Part shown: positions 39,401 to 47,472 of the stretch, piece by piece
How positions within the stretch are numbered: position 1 is the first letter of the stretch
How the letters are laid out: each line of letters opens with the position of its first letter
NCBI GenBank assembly: GCA_013697955.1
Contig: JACCVV010000064.1
Location: forward strand, 3,076 to 67,075
Reading direction: 5' to 3'
Length of the DNA: 64,000 bases
DNA from: Tatlockia sp.
GTDB lineage: Bacteria; Pseudomonadota; Gammaproteobacteria; Legionellales; Legionellaceae
Translations under genes and position numbers: made by a program
Notes under the pieces: model-generated
The model's input: only the letters and a program-made list of their open reading frames with translations
What the model was told of the DNA's origin: nothing
Databases searched by the model: none

Positions 39401-42400
39401 ACAGCAATATCTTCTACTGATTCAATTGGGATTGAATTTGCTTCTTCTAACTCAGGGTCAGCAAAATACAGCTTCAGCAAAGATGAATAATTGCTAATCA
39501 AATATTCACAAAATTCATTAATATTGGCATGATCAAATAAAACATCCATCGCAAGCTTTATTTGAAATTTAGAATTAATCTTTTCTATTAAAAATAAACT
39601 TCGTAGTGAATCAACTCCATAATCCGAAAATTGCATTGAATCATTAATTTCAGCAGGATCCATCTCCAAAACTGAGGCGACTACTTGCTTAACTGCAACA
39701 GGTATTTTTTGCATTAAATTAAGATCAATGCCTGACTTGGAAGATTGTTTTTCTGATAGATTTTGCTGATTGCTTTGGCCAGGAATATTCTCCCCAAGAA
39801 ACCAATTCAGATAAGTTTTTGATTTTGGTGAATCTTTGTATAAATGGTGATCTATAAAACTCTGTTGATTATCTTTTAATAGCCTTTCTTCAGAGTGTGA
39901 AGAGTCCATTTTTTGTATTGTAATTAAATAATATCCAATGTATTTAGCTCTTAAAGCATGGCCATAATTCTGCCAGGCCTGATGAGCTTCATAAACAACC
40001 TTTTCTGTTGCCGATAAATTAAGCGCCGATAATTTCCTGTTTTGGTGCGGTTGTTGTAGAAAATTAGCTATCTCTTCACTAACAGCGATTAGGCTTGTTA
40101 TTTTTAATTTATTTTTAGCAAGGTAATGACAATAATTTCTGACCGTTGGGGTATACGATCCAACCCGTTCATGAGTAATGTCTTCTTGAGTATGGGCAAT
40201 TGTCTCCGCAAATACGGCTAACCCATCCACCCTTAAATGATCGGCTATATTTTTATATAACTCTTCTTTTTCTTTGATGTGATGACACACTTCAATGCCA
40301 AAAATCAAATCATAAATGTTTGTAAAGCGGTCTAAGGCACTATTTTTTAAATGGACTGAGACTTGGTGAGCCACTTGATATTCGTTAATACGCTTTGTCG
40401 CAATTGCATACTGTTCACTCGCTATCGTGTAACCATCCCCTTTAATTAATGGATAATTTTTGGCAATTTCAATTAGATCCGTGCCTAAACCACAACCGAT
40501 ATCCATGAAATAATTCACTTTTTTAAAATCGACCTTATGAAATAACAGAGCTCGCATTTCTTTCTGCTGTTGAGTAACCAACGCCAAATGCATAGGATTT
40601 TTCTCAGGTGCGGCAAATACGTCTAACCAGAAAAAATCGTTATAAACCATCGTTAATGGCGCTAAAGTCAAATACGTTAAGTAACCTTGTTCGGCACTAA
40701 AGAGCTGCGTTGCCTGATTATAATAATTTGAAACGACTGAACTAGCTTGGCTTTCAACAGGTAAGAGACGATGACAGGTTTCATCAAAAGAATAAGTCGG
40801 CAAAGACACAAGTTTAGCGGAGGGAAACGCTAACCGAATAACCTCACCTTTGCAAAAAGCGTCTGCCCTTTGATTAAGGTTTAGATCTTCGGATAGGCGA
40901 TAGGGAGAAGGGTTAACAGTGGCTATGCCTTTATAAACGTCTTTAGGGACTGAATCGGTGGTGACAAAGGAGCTTAATTTTTCCAAAAGCATCTCTTTAT
41001 TTATCACCACTAAAGCAAGCCTGTGCGAGAGATGTTCTCGACCCTTAAACAAGGTATAGGCGATATCCGCTAGATCAGGTTTTTTAGAACCACAGTAATA
41101 TTGTTCGTTTTCCAGGTAAGCAATTAATTTTTGAGCTTGCCTTTTTAAAGCCTCTTCTGTTCTGCCAGAAAGTATAATTAATTGTTGGGTTTCAACCTTT
41201 CCAGTGGAAGCCAGAAGCTTATCCTCTTGGTATTCACCTATTACAGCGAAGCCATAAAAGGTCCCCGCGCCAAGTGTGCTTAAGCCCGCATAATAAGGAG
41301 CAGGTTGATCCTCTGAACTATCCAGGTTTTCAAGGCTTTGCCAATAGAAGGGTGTATTGGATAAATTGATATCCGGGTTTATCTTTTTTGGTAATAGAGT
41401 TGGAGCCAGTTTCCGATACTTAAACTGCAGTAATATTTTAATCAGTTTTGCAATATCTGCTGCGGCTTCAGCATGCCCGATGTTTGCCTTGATAGATCCT
41501 ATGCTGCATGAAGAAGTATTGGATGCGGAAAATACTGAAGTCAACGCTTCAATTTCCGAGACATCCGCCAAAGGATGACCTACGGCTTGTACTTCAATCG
41601 ATTTCACTAGATGCAAAGACAATTTCGCTTTTTGTAATGCCTCTGTAGCAACCCTTTCTAAAAGTTCTGGTGCAGGCACCATATAACCATTTGTTTTTCC
41701 AGCCGTTGCTATTGCAGTGCTCTTAATTACGCCGTAAATATGATCGCCTGCTTTTATCGCAGCAGATAAGGGTTTTATCAGGATGGATGCCACCGTTTCG
41801 CCCGGAATAAAACCATCACTGTCTTCTGAAAAACTGTGATCTTCTGCACGTGCCGATCTTAAACGCTGTTGTTTTAATAATTGAAATCGATAGGAGTGAG
41901 AATATAGATTTACACCACCCACGATGGCCGCCCCGCACTCCCCATTTTTTATAGCTTTGCAAGCATAATGTAATGCGGATAAAGAAGAAGCGCATGCATT
42001 ATCTATCGGTAAACAAGGCCCTTTAAAATCAAAAAAATAAGAAACGCGACCAGGAACGGACCAGTATGAGGAAGCTGGCAAATTGTCAAGCTGTCGATTG
42101 TTTAGAAAGGATTCTAGCCCGGCAAGTTGATAAGTAGCTGATGTAAGCCCTACAAACACCCCGACACCTGCTCCTGAATCTTGATTCAAACGCTCTTTTG
42201 TATAACCAGCATCCTCAAGAGTGGACCAGACTGTTTGCAAAAATAAACGTTCTTGAGGATCCATGGAACGCGCTTCAGCAGGAGAAATATTAAATAACAG
42301 AGAATCAAAATGATCATAATTTTCAATGTAAGCCCCAAACTCCGAATTTAAATGACTCTCGGAAAAGGCGCGCTCAGTCTCACTTTTCCAGCGATGTTCC

Positions 42401-45400
42401 GGTACATTCCTTATAGAGACCTTGCCAGTACATAAATTCTCCCAATATTGGTATATATCCTTTGCATCAGGAAAAGAGCCTGCCATACCAATGATAGCGA
42501 TATCATCTTCCTCCCGGACTGACATCTGAGCAACGGGAAGCGAAGGTTTTGTTTCTATAATCCTGGAAACAGCCGGCAAAGATAACAGGGCGGACAAACT
42601 TGGAAAACAAAACTCAAGTAAATAATCAGCCAGTTTTGAAATGTTTGTGTATTGTAAGAATAAACTTTTAGGTAAGGCCCCAAATCGCTTTTCAAAAGCG
42701 GTATTCATCTGCTTCATCAACAGGGAGTCGAGCCCATAATGTTCCAGATCCTTATCAGGCGATAGTTCGGATTCAGGGATTTGCAAGACCTCAGATATTA
42801 ATTGACTAAGGTAATTTATCACCGGTTTTTTATACAAGGAAACCATCCTTGATTCATGCTCAAGACTAACGTCTCTTCCTCTGGCGTTTAATTCCTGGGT
42901 TTGAGTATCTAATAACGAATCTTCAAATTTCTTTGCATCACCGTGGCACACCACAAGGGATTTTATATTGGATTGAAGTAACTCTCTTATCAACTTAAGA
43001 CCAACAGCCGTATCCATAGGAACGATACCCTTTTCCTGATGCAAATTGCCGAGTTGCTCTGCATTCAGCTGAGTGCCACCTTCTAGCCATAAAGGCCAAT
43101 TGATGGACTTAAAATAATGAGGTCGTGGATGACTATTGGGTAGATCATAGGCCAGAGTATAGCAATCCAGAAAATGATTGGCATAGCCATGGTCTGATTG
43201 ACCTTCATTGCCAGACACGGCTGAGACAGAAGAAAACATTAGGAAAAAATCAAGCGGATCATTTTTGCAAAGTGAATCCAGTATTTTGGTCCCAGTTACT
43301 TTGGGAGCAAGAACTGTTTTAAAATCATTGACAGATTTAGATAAGATTAATGAATCGGATAAAAGGCCAGCGGCATGGAATATTCCATTAATTCCACCGA
43401 ATTTTTGGTGGACTAGATTGATCAAACCCGTCATTTCTTCGAGGTTGGTCACATCTGCTTGCTGATAAATGATCTCCCCTTTTTGTGGCAAGGGTAGGTT
43501 TTTTTCAGCGGATCGCCCAAATAATATAACTCGTGCCTCTCTATTATTTGCCAGATCATAGGCTAAGATTTTACCTAAAGCGCCAAGACCTCCACTAATG
43601 AGATAGACACCGCGGTATCGGAATGGCGATTTACCATCATCTGTCAGATTTATAGTTTGGTAATTAGCAGTCCATCGCTTTTCCAAGGTATAGAGAACAT
43701 GGGTCACTGGAGCATTTATTTCACTTATAATCGCGTGAATTTCTCTTTCCGTATTAGCTAAGTGCTGATGAATTCCAACTAGCTTTACATGAATATTAGG
43801 TGCTTCGATCCTTAAGGTTTTCAAATATCCGGCAATCGCTGCTTCTGTGGGTGGTAAATGATCAGAAGAAAACTGATAGTGATAGACAAGGGAAAGATTG
43901 CCAGTATTTTTTTCAGCGATAAGGGCTTGGGTCAGTAAAAAGAGCGCGTATAGGCCATTAGTTAATTGCTGATTCAGGGTGGTTAATTTATCTTCGATGC
44001 CAGAGCGCTTATGAATGTCTTGCTGCCAATTGAATATAATAGCCTGTACATCAGAATGAGCGGTTGACTTTATTAAGCGCTGATAATCAGCTGCTTTATC
44101 TATGGTCAGTGCATATCGGCTTGATGAAATTTGTTCATACTCTATTCCCGGATGAACCCAGATGCAGGAACAATGATAAAGACTAAGGTATTCCTTAATA
44201 CGATTTGCCCGATTCTCATCAACATCAAAAACAAGTACTGTCCCTCGTGTTGTGGGTATGAAGGGTTTTAAGTTGGCAATATCCTGCCAAATAGGTCTAT
44301 ACAGACTCAGCGTAGAATTTTTTACTTTGTTCCGTTTAATCCAAAAATGAGTTTTGGCAAATCGATAAGAAGGCAAGGACAATCGTTGATAGTTCCTGGA
44401 CCGATACAATTTTTCCCAGGGTATAGTGACACCGCAATCATAAGCTTTTTTTAATTGAGCAAGAGAACCTTCTGCTATAAGTTGTTCAATATCGCAAGCG
44501 CTGTAAGTATCTACCTTCTCCGCGGGAAAAGTGAAATTTTCCAAATAATTCTTTATTTGACTAATTAATTCACTTACAGAGTTCACAAGAAAAGCGACTC
44601 GATAATCAAAATGGCATCGGCCAACGGATAAGGTATAGCAGAGGCTTGCAATTGAATCAGAAGCGCCCTGTTCGGCTAAGTACGCCAACATGTTGCTTAA
44701 TGATTGTTGAAAGCTTTCAATTGTTTTAGCCGAAAAACAGGCAAGATACGTGGATCTGTCATTTATCCTGATATCAGGTAAATGGGTGGGGGCTTCAGCG
44801 ACAATAACATGAGCGTTTGTGCCACTTATACCAAACGAACTCACTGCAGCAAAACGTTGTTTGTTCTCTTTTAATGGCCAGTCCGTGAGTTTATCAATGA
44901 CAAAAAAAGGACTATCTGCGAAGTTGATTGCGGTATTTGGTTTATCAAAATTTATAGTTGGAGGAAGTTGTTTAAATTTGAGGCTTAACATTAGCTTTAT
45001 AAAACTCACTAGGCCTGCCGCAAAAATAGTGTGCCCAACGTTCGGTTTTACAGATCCTATGCCGCAATATTGCTTTTTCTCAGTAAATTTTCTATAGGCT
45101 TTTGCTAATGAATGAACTTCTACCGGATCACCAAGCTTTGTTCCGGTACCATGGGCTTCAACATAATCTATATCACCAGCATTCACACCAGCACGTTGCA
45201 AAACCTCGGTAATTAGTGCTGTTTGCGCTAAACCATTAGGAGCTGTGATTGCATTAGTTTTACCATCCTGGTTTATCCCTGTTGCTTTAACAATACCGTA
45301 GAGATGATCGCCATCCGCAAGCGCTTTTGATAATGGCTTAAGCAAGACGGCAGCAACTGCTTCCCCTGGGATAAACCCATCTGCCCGGTCATCAAACGCT

Positions 45401-47472
45401 TTACATTTACCATCATGAGCCAGCATGCCAGCATTTCGCCAGGCTAGGGCGTAATCTCTGGTCAAATTTAAAAAACAACCGCCAACTATTGCAGCATCTG
45501 CCTCACCTGATTTCAGACTTTGACAAGCAAGATGAATAGCTACCAGAGCAGATGAACAAGAGGTATCAATTGTCATTACCGGCCCTTTGGTATTTAAAAA
45601 ATAGGCGGCTCGTGATGCTAGAATGGATGCTTCAGTGCCCGTGAATCCATAAGGTTCACTATAGGCGCCTTCCTCTTTTACCTGTTGACGATAATCATTG
45701 CTTGTCCCAGCTACAAATATGGCAAGCTTGGAATCTGAAAAATGATGAGGATTATAGCCAGCATCTTCGATAGTTCGCCAACACTCCTCAAGAAATATTC
45801 GTTGTTGGGGGTCGGTTTTTTCAGCTTCCACACCTGACATTTTAAAGAAAGAGGCATCAAAGTCTGCAATGTTATTTATAAAACCGCCATGATCCCAATT
45901 GGGGTAAGCTTCATCATCCAAAGGCTTATCCGAGGCAGACCATCTTTGTAAGGGCACTTTACCAATGCTGCAATCACCGGCCTTGAGATTTTGCCAAAAT
46001 TGGCCAATATCATCGGCTCCAGGAAAACGACCAGAAATACCAATGACAGCAATGTCCTCGCTTAATTCGCCCGGAGAAAAGAGTTGTTGCTTTTCTTCAT
46101 ATACATTTTTAGCAGTAATTATTGCTTGTGAAAAAACTGCATCGGTACAATAAGGTTGCTTGGAAACATTTTCGACATCTTGCCAGTGATTCTTTTTAAA
46201 AAGCGATATCCAGGAATCGTCTTTTAATAGAGGACCGTTAGCAATTCGTAATTCGCTATCCTCACATCCCCACCAGCCTTCCGTTAATCCAAAAATAATC
46301 GTAATAAAATCGGTAGACTTATCTAACTCGCTTATCACTAAATGACCGTTTAAGCGCAGCATTTGCTTAATATTTTCAAGTGTTATTTTAATATTCTTTG
46401 TAGCGTGCAAAACATTAGAGGCTATAACAATATCAAATGATTCCCGCTCATATCCTTGTAAGAGCGGATTTTGCATGACATCAAATTCTTTAAATTGCAC
46501 AAATGAGTATTTGTTTTTAAACCTTTGCTCACCATAGTTTAGAAAAAATTTGGAAAGGTCTGTGTAATAATAGTCAATTGGCAAATTCAAAGGCTCCAAG
46601 CCTGCCAATATTGATTGAGTCGCACCACCTATGCCTGCACCTATTTCAAGGATTCGCAGCGCAGAACTACGCGGAATTTGCTGCCGAGAATCTTTTGCAA
46701 ATTGAACAATAGATTTAGAGAGCTTTTCATTATAAAAATCAGCAACTGGATTGCCAGCGTAGACTTTAGCCAAGCATTCCAAACCGCCATCCAGAAATAA
46801 AACATCCACTGCTGATGTTTGTCCTGAAATAACTTGTAAAAGATGATTAAAAGCGTTTTGCAACAGTTGTAGATAGGGAGCTATTTCAGGGTGTCTTTGG
46901 TTTATGTGCTGGTAACTAGTTTCCAGGTTGTCCAGTCTGACAGTTAACAGTTTATCGTTGAGAGCTGGTAGCGTGAGAATTTTGTCATCAATAATACGAA
47001 GCCATCCTTGATTGGCTAAAATATAGATCAGTGCCTGACAATAGTCGTAATATTTATTTTGTACATTGAATAAACGATAGATATCAGAAAAATGATATAG
47101 GCTATCAGGCTCTGTAAATACGCCTTGCGTCTGAAATAGTTTCAATAAAAAATAACGGGAATAGTCTTCTACTTGCATCAAAGGATCTGCAGCAGAAGTT
47201 GAGTAAATTTTATTATCTATTTCTTTTGCATAGTGATTGTTCAGGAAGTCGATGAATGCCGGAATTTCACTATACTCAAACATGACCTCAATCCCAAGGC
47301 TGATACCTAGTGATGCATTTAATATTGCAATAAAATCAAGCGCATTTAATGAGGTAATTCCTATTTCAAGGAATGTATCACCACGAGACCAATCATCCTT
47401 ATAAACATCAAAATCTTCTTGAAAAATTCGTTTAATTTCATTACTGATCAATAGCTTTCTTTGTGTAGTCAA
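36430..47472 (-). CDS. Trans-AT type I polyketide synthase PKS-C: ACP-cMT-KS-KR(Tyr>His)-ACP-KS0-OMT-ACP-KS-DH-ACP
   Basis: 3680 aa. The apparent TTG start overlaps the TGA stop of the upstream AT gene (TTGA). Domain motifs are listed in the sub-features. Confidence 0.95.
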   Translation of the reverse strand: MTTQRKLLISNEIKRIFQEDFDVYKDDWSRGDTFLEIGITSLNALDFIAILNASLGISLGIEVMFEYSEIPAFIDFLNNHYAKEIDNKIYSTSAADPLMQVEDYSRYFLLKLFQTQGVFTEPDSLYHFSDIYRLFNVQNKYYDYCQALIYILANQGWLRIIDDKILTLPALNDKLLTVRLDNLETSYQHINQRHPEIAPYLQLLQNAFNHLLQVISGQTSAVDVLFLDGGLECLAKVYAGNPVADFYNEKLSKSIVQFAKDSRQQIPRSSALRILEIGAGIGGATQSILAGLEPLNLPIDYYYTDLSKFFLNYGEQRFKNKYSFVQFKEFDVMQNPLLQGYERESFDIVIASNVLHATKNIKITLENIKQMLRLNGHLVISELDKSTDFITIIFGLTEGWWGCEDSELRIANGPLLKDDSWISLFKKNHWQDVENVSKQPYCTDAVFSQAIITAKNVYEEKQQLFSPGELSEDIAVIGISGRFPGADDIGQFWQNLKAGDCSIGKVPLQRWSASDKPLDDEAYPNWDHGGFINNIADFDASFFKMSGVEAEKTDPQQRIFLEECWRTIEDAGYNPHHFSDSKLAIFVAGTSNDYRQQVKEEGAYSEPYGFTGTEASILASRAAYFLNTKGPVMTIDTSCSSALVAIHLACQSLKSGEADAAIVGGCFLNLTRDYALAWRNAGMLAHDGKCKAFDDRADGFIPGEAVAAVLLKPLSKALADGDHLYGIVKATGINQDGKTNAITAPNGLAQTALITEVLQRAGVNAGDIDYVEAHGTGTKLGDPVEVHSLAKAYRKFTEKKQYCGIGSVKPNVGHTIFAAGLVSFIKLMLSLKFKQLPPTINFDKPNTAINFADSPFFVIDKLTDWPLKENKQRFAAVSSFGISGTNAHVIVAEAPTHLPDIRINDRSTYLACFSAKTIESFQQSLSNMLAYLAEQGASDSIASLCYTLSVGRCHFDYRVAFLVNSVSELISQIKNYLENFTFPAEKVDTYSACDIEQLIAEGSLAQLKKAYDCGVTIPWEKLYRSRNYQRLSLPSYRFAKTHFWIKRNKVKNSTLSLYRPIWQDIANLKPFIPTTRGTVLVFDVDENRANRIKEYLSLYHCSCIWVHPGIEYEQISSSRYALTIDKAADYQRLIKSTAHSDVQAIIFNWQQDIHKRSGIEDKLTTLNQQLTNGLYALFLLTQALIAEKNTGNLSLVYHYQFSSDHLPPTEAAIAGYLKTLRIEAPNIHVKLVGIHQHLANTEREIHAIISEINAPVTHVLYTLEKRWTANYQTINLTDDGKSPFRYRGVYLISGGLGALGKILAYDLANNREARVILFGRSAEKNLPLPQKGEIIYQQADVTNLEEMTGLINLVHQKFGGINGIFHAAGLLSDSLILSKSVNDFKTVLAPKVTGTKILDSLCKNDPLDFFLMFSSVSAVSGNEGQSDHGYANHFLDCYTLAYDLPNSHPRPHYFKSINWPLWLEGGTQLNAEQLGNLHQEKGIVPMDTAVGLKLIRELLQSNIKSLVVCHGDAKKFEDSLLDTQTQELNARGRDVSLEHESRMVSLYKKPVINYLSQLISEVLQIPESELSPDKDLEHYGLDSLLMKQMNTAFEKRFGALPKSLFLQYTNISKLADYLLEFCFPSLSALLSLPAVSRIIETKPSLPVAQMSVREEDDIAIIGMAGSFPDAKDIYQYWENLCTGKVSIRNVPEHRWKSETERAFSESHLNSEFGAYIENYDHFDSLLFNISPAEARSMDPQERLFLQTVWSTLEDAGYTKERLNQDSGAGVGVFVGLTSATYQLAGLESFLNNRQLDNLPASSYWSVPGRVSYFFDFKGPCLPIDNACASSLSALHYACKAIKNGECGAAIVGGVNLYSHSYRFQLLKQQRLRSARAEDHSFSEDSDGFIPGETVASILIKPLSAAIKAGDHIYGVIKSTAIATAGKTNGYMVPAPELLERVATEALQKAKLSLHLVKSIEVQAVGHPLADVSEIEALTSVFSASNTSSCSIGSIKANIGHAEAAADIAKLIKILLQFKYRKLAPTLLPKKINPDINLSNTPFYWQSLENLDSSEDQPAPYYAGLSTLGAGTFYGFAVIGEYQEDKLLASTGKVETQQLIILSGRTEEALKRQAQKLIAYLENEQYYCGSKKPDLADIAYTLFKGREHLSHRLALVVINKEMLLEKLSSFVTTDSVPKDVYKGIATVNPSPYRLSEDLNLNQRADAFCKGEVIRLAFPSAKLVSLPTYSFDETCHRLLPVESQASSVVSNYYNQATQLFSAEQGYLTYLTLAPLTMVYNDFFWLDVFAAPEKNPMHLALVTQQQKEMRALLFHKVDFKKVNYFMDIGCGLGTDLIEIAKNYPLIKGDGYTIASEQYAIATKRINEYQVAHQVSVHLKNSALDRFTNIYDLIFGIEVCHHIKEKEELYKNIADHLRVDGLAVFAETIAHTQEDITHERVGSYTPTVRNYCHYLAKNKLKITSLIAVSEEIANFLQQPHQNRKLSALNLSATEKVVYEAHQAWQNYGHALRAKYIGYYLITIQKMDSSHSEERLLKDNQQSFIDHHLYKDSPKSKTYLNWFLGENIPGQSNQQNLSEKQSSKSGIDLNLMQKIPVAVKQVVASVLEMDPAEINDSMQFSDYGVDSLRSLFLIEKINSKFQIKLAMDVLFDHANINEFCEYLISNYSSLLKLYFADPELEEANSIPIESVEDIAVIGISCRFPGANNWREYWQNICDGVSSISDLPGGRWSESLLKDNYKGGFIDNPLVFDAEFFNISPNEARNMAPQQRILLQHCWDVFEDAGYAAKSLKGSETGVFIGVVDNSGMSKNMATCNGLNSAQHLLGHSTSILASRIAYFLDLKGAAMCIDTACSSSLVALDLACQQIRQGMLEMALVGGVSLNFDAQLFSSLRALGMLSPQNVCKPFDEKADGIVIGEGIGVVLIKPLKKALADNDHIYGVIKASHINQDGRTNGMTAPSKYSQTALVVETCQKAKISPESIGYIEAHGTGTSLGDPIEVNALVDAFGQLTRKKEFCALGSVKANIGHTAAAAGIAGLIKALLALKHEKIPPLIHYDKLNPHINLSASPFYISKELRPWSTSTPRRAALSSFGWSGTNAHVLLEESPKCIRESAPLAPQLFIFSTKTAQALAEKIVQFKLWLSQNDNRIALSDLAYTLAIGREQFPYRATFIAASTAELYDKLNSYKLREQTVQKLQNLSAAETIMNQLIAISDKTSFLYHDILKQLESCFLQGAFIDWQPMYDAAGAKKIALPGYPFANTIYHLPFGPIAQNGEAHLLIDSIQILPQKRVLRKHFHKMDPFLNGHQLKGKNALSFSLSLSLAIEAILQLEKTVNCLVLQDVEFLKPLFANEEGIETNTLFDRKKQYFELKGGSEVEPILHMRGNLSEILPEVPLLSSEDYRNHRNRLLTKQAIYMDFEQRGIFYGEEYQVLDEIFYLNDTPVGKINGLIHEKYPQCFIHPGLFDAVLQVALFEKKISMDSLSFQPFSIGSITLFTKPMGDCYIKVLTSLQTKQGFIFSINMVDSEGVVLVEIKDFYLHKTNSALNSPSKNESQAPEAKGLKEAIALSLSESLGLPTDKIKHQIVFSELGVDSIVALDFLKRLNNKLGLNMRPSVIFDNPSINDLTQYLLKNTQEPLIKNDQQDSLLPSSEEDSFFHTEEMIENMLHKVEMGSLEIDEAILELIK
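36589..36816 (-). other. PKS-C ACP4 followed by a ~50-aa helical tail
   Basis: aa ~3553-3628; LGVDSI with Ser3588. The tail TEEMIENMLHKVEMGSLEIDEAILELIK looks docking-like. Confidence 0.85.
36868..37671 (-). other. PKS-C DH (in a module without KR)
   Basis: aa ~3268-3535; H3301 in HQLKGKNALS, and HPGLFDAVLQ with D3460. Confidence 0.75.
38173..39417 (-). other. PKS-C KS3
   Basis: aa ~2686-3100; DTACSSS (C2848), EAHGTGT (H2983), NIGHT (H3023). Confidence 0.9.
39487..39711 (-). other. PKS-C ACP3
   Basis: aa ~2588-2662; YGVDSL with Ser2622. Confidence 0.85.
39913..40665 (-). other. PKS-C second methyltransferase domain, different family from the three cMTs (CMAS/O-MT-like)
   Basis: aa ~2270-2520; motifs FMDIGCGLG, GYTIASEQYAIATKR, DLIFGIEVCHHI. 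It sits in a KS0-MT-ACP context. Confidence 0.7.
41203..42510 (-). other. PKS-C KS0 (non-elongating KS)
   Basis: aa ~1655-2090. Cys is kept (DNACASS, C1827). EAHGTGT is replaced by EVQAVGH, so the first catalytic His becomes Gln1962 (codon 41587-41589 checked on the DNA). The second His is kept (NIGHAE). Confidence 0.8.
42607..42840 (-). other. PKS-C ACP2
   Basis: aa ~1545-1622; YGLDSL with Ser1583. Confidence 0.85.
43063..43626 (-). other. PKS-C KR with catalytic Tyr position occupied by His
   Basis: aa ~1283-1470; SGGLGALG, LLSD. GQSDHGYANHFLD aligns without gaps to GQCDYAAANGFLD of the PKS-A KR. His1428 codon at 43189-43191 checked on the DNA. Confidence 0.75.
44794..46059 (-). other. 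PKS-C KS1
   Basis: aa ~472-893; DTSCSSA (C639), EAHGTGT (H774), NVGHT (H814). Confidence 0.9.
46108..47175 (-). other. PKS-C C-methyltransferase domain
   Basis: aa ~100-455; motifs ILEIGAGIGGA, SNVLHAT, LTEGWWGCEDSELRIANGPLL. Confidence 0.85.
47227..47460 (-). other. PKS-C N-terminal carrier-protein (ACP) domain
   Basis: aa ~5-82; FLEIGITSLNALDFIAILN...FEYSEIPAFIDFL. Ser41 sits in GITSL, where Thr replaces the usual Asp. Confidence 0.7.

Noticed and set aside
37536-46800. Plus-strand ORFs of 61-92 aa inside PKS-C (37536, 41357, 43125, 43208, 44819, 45965, 46615).
   Set aside because: Same reasoning: they are antisense shadows of a well-supported megasynthase gene.
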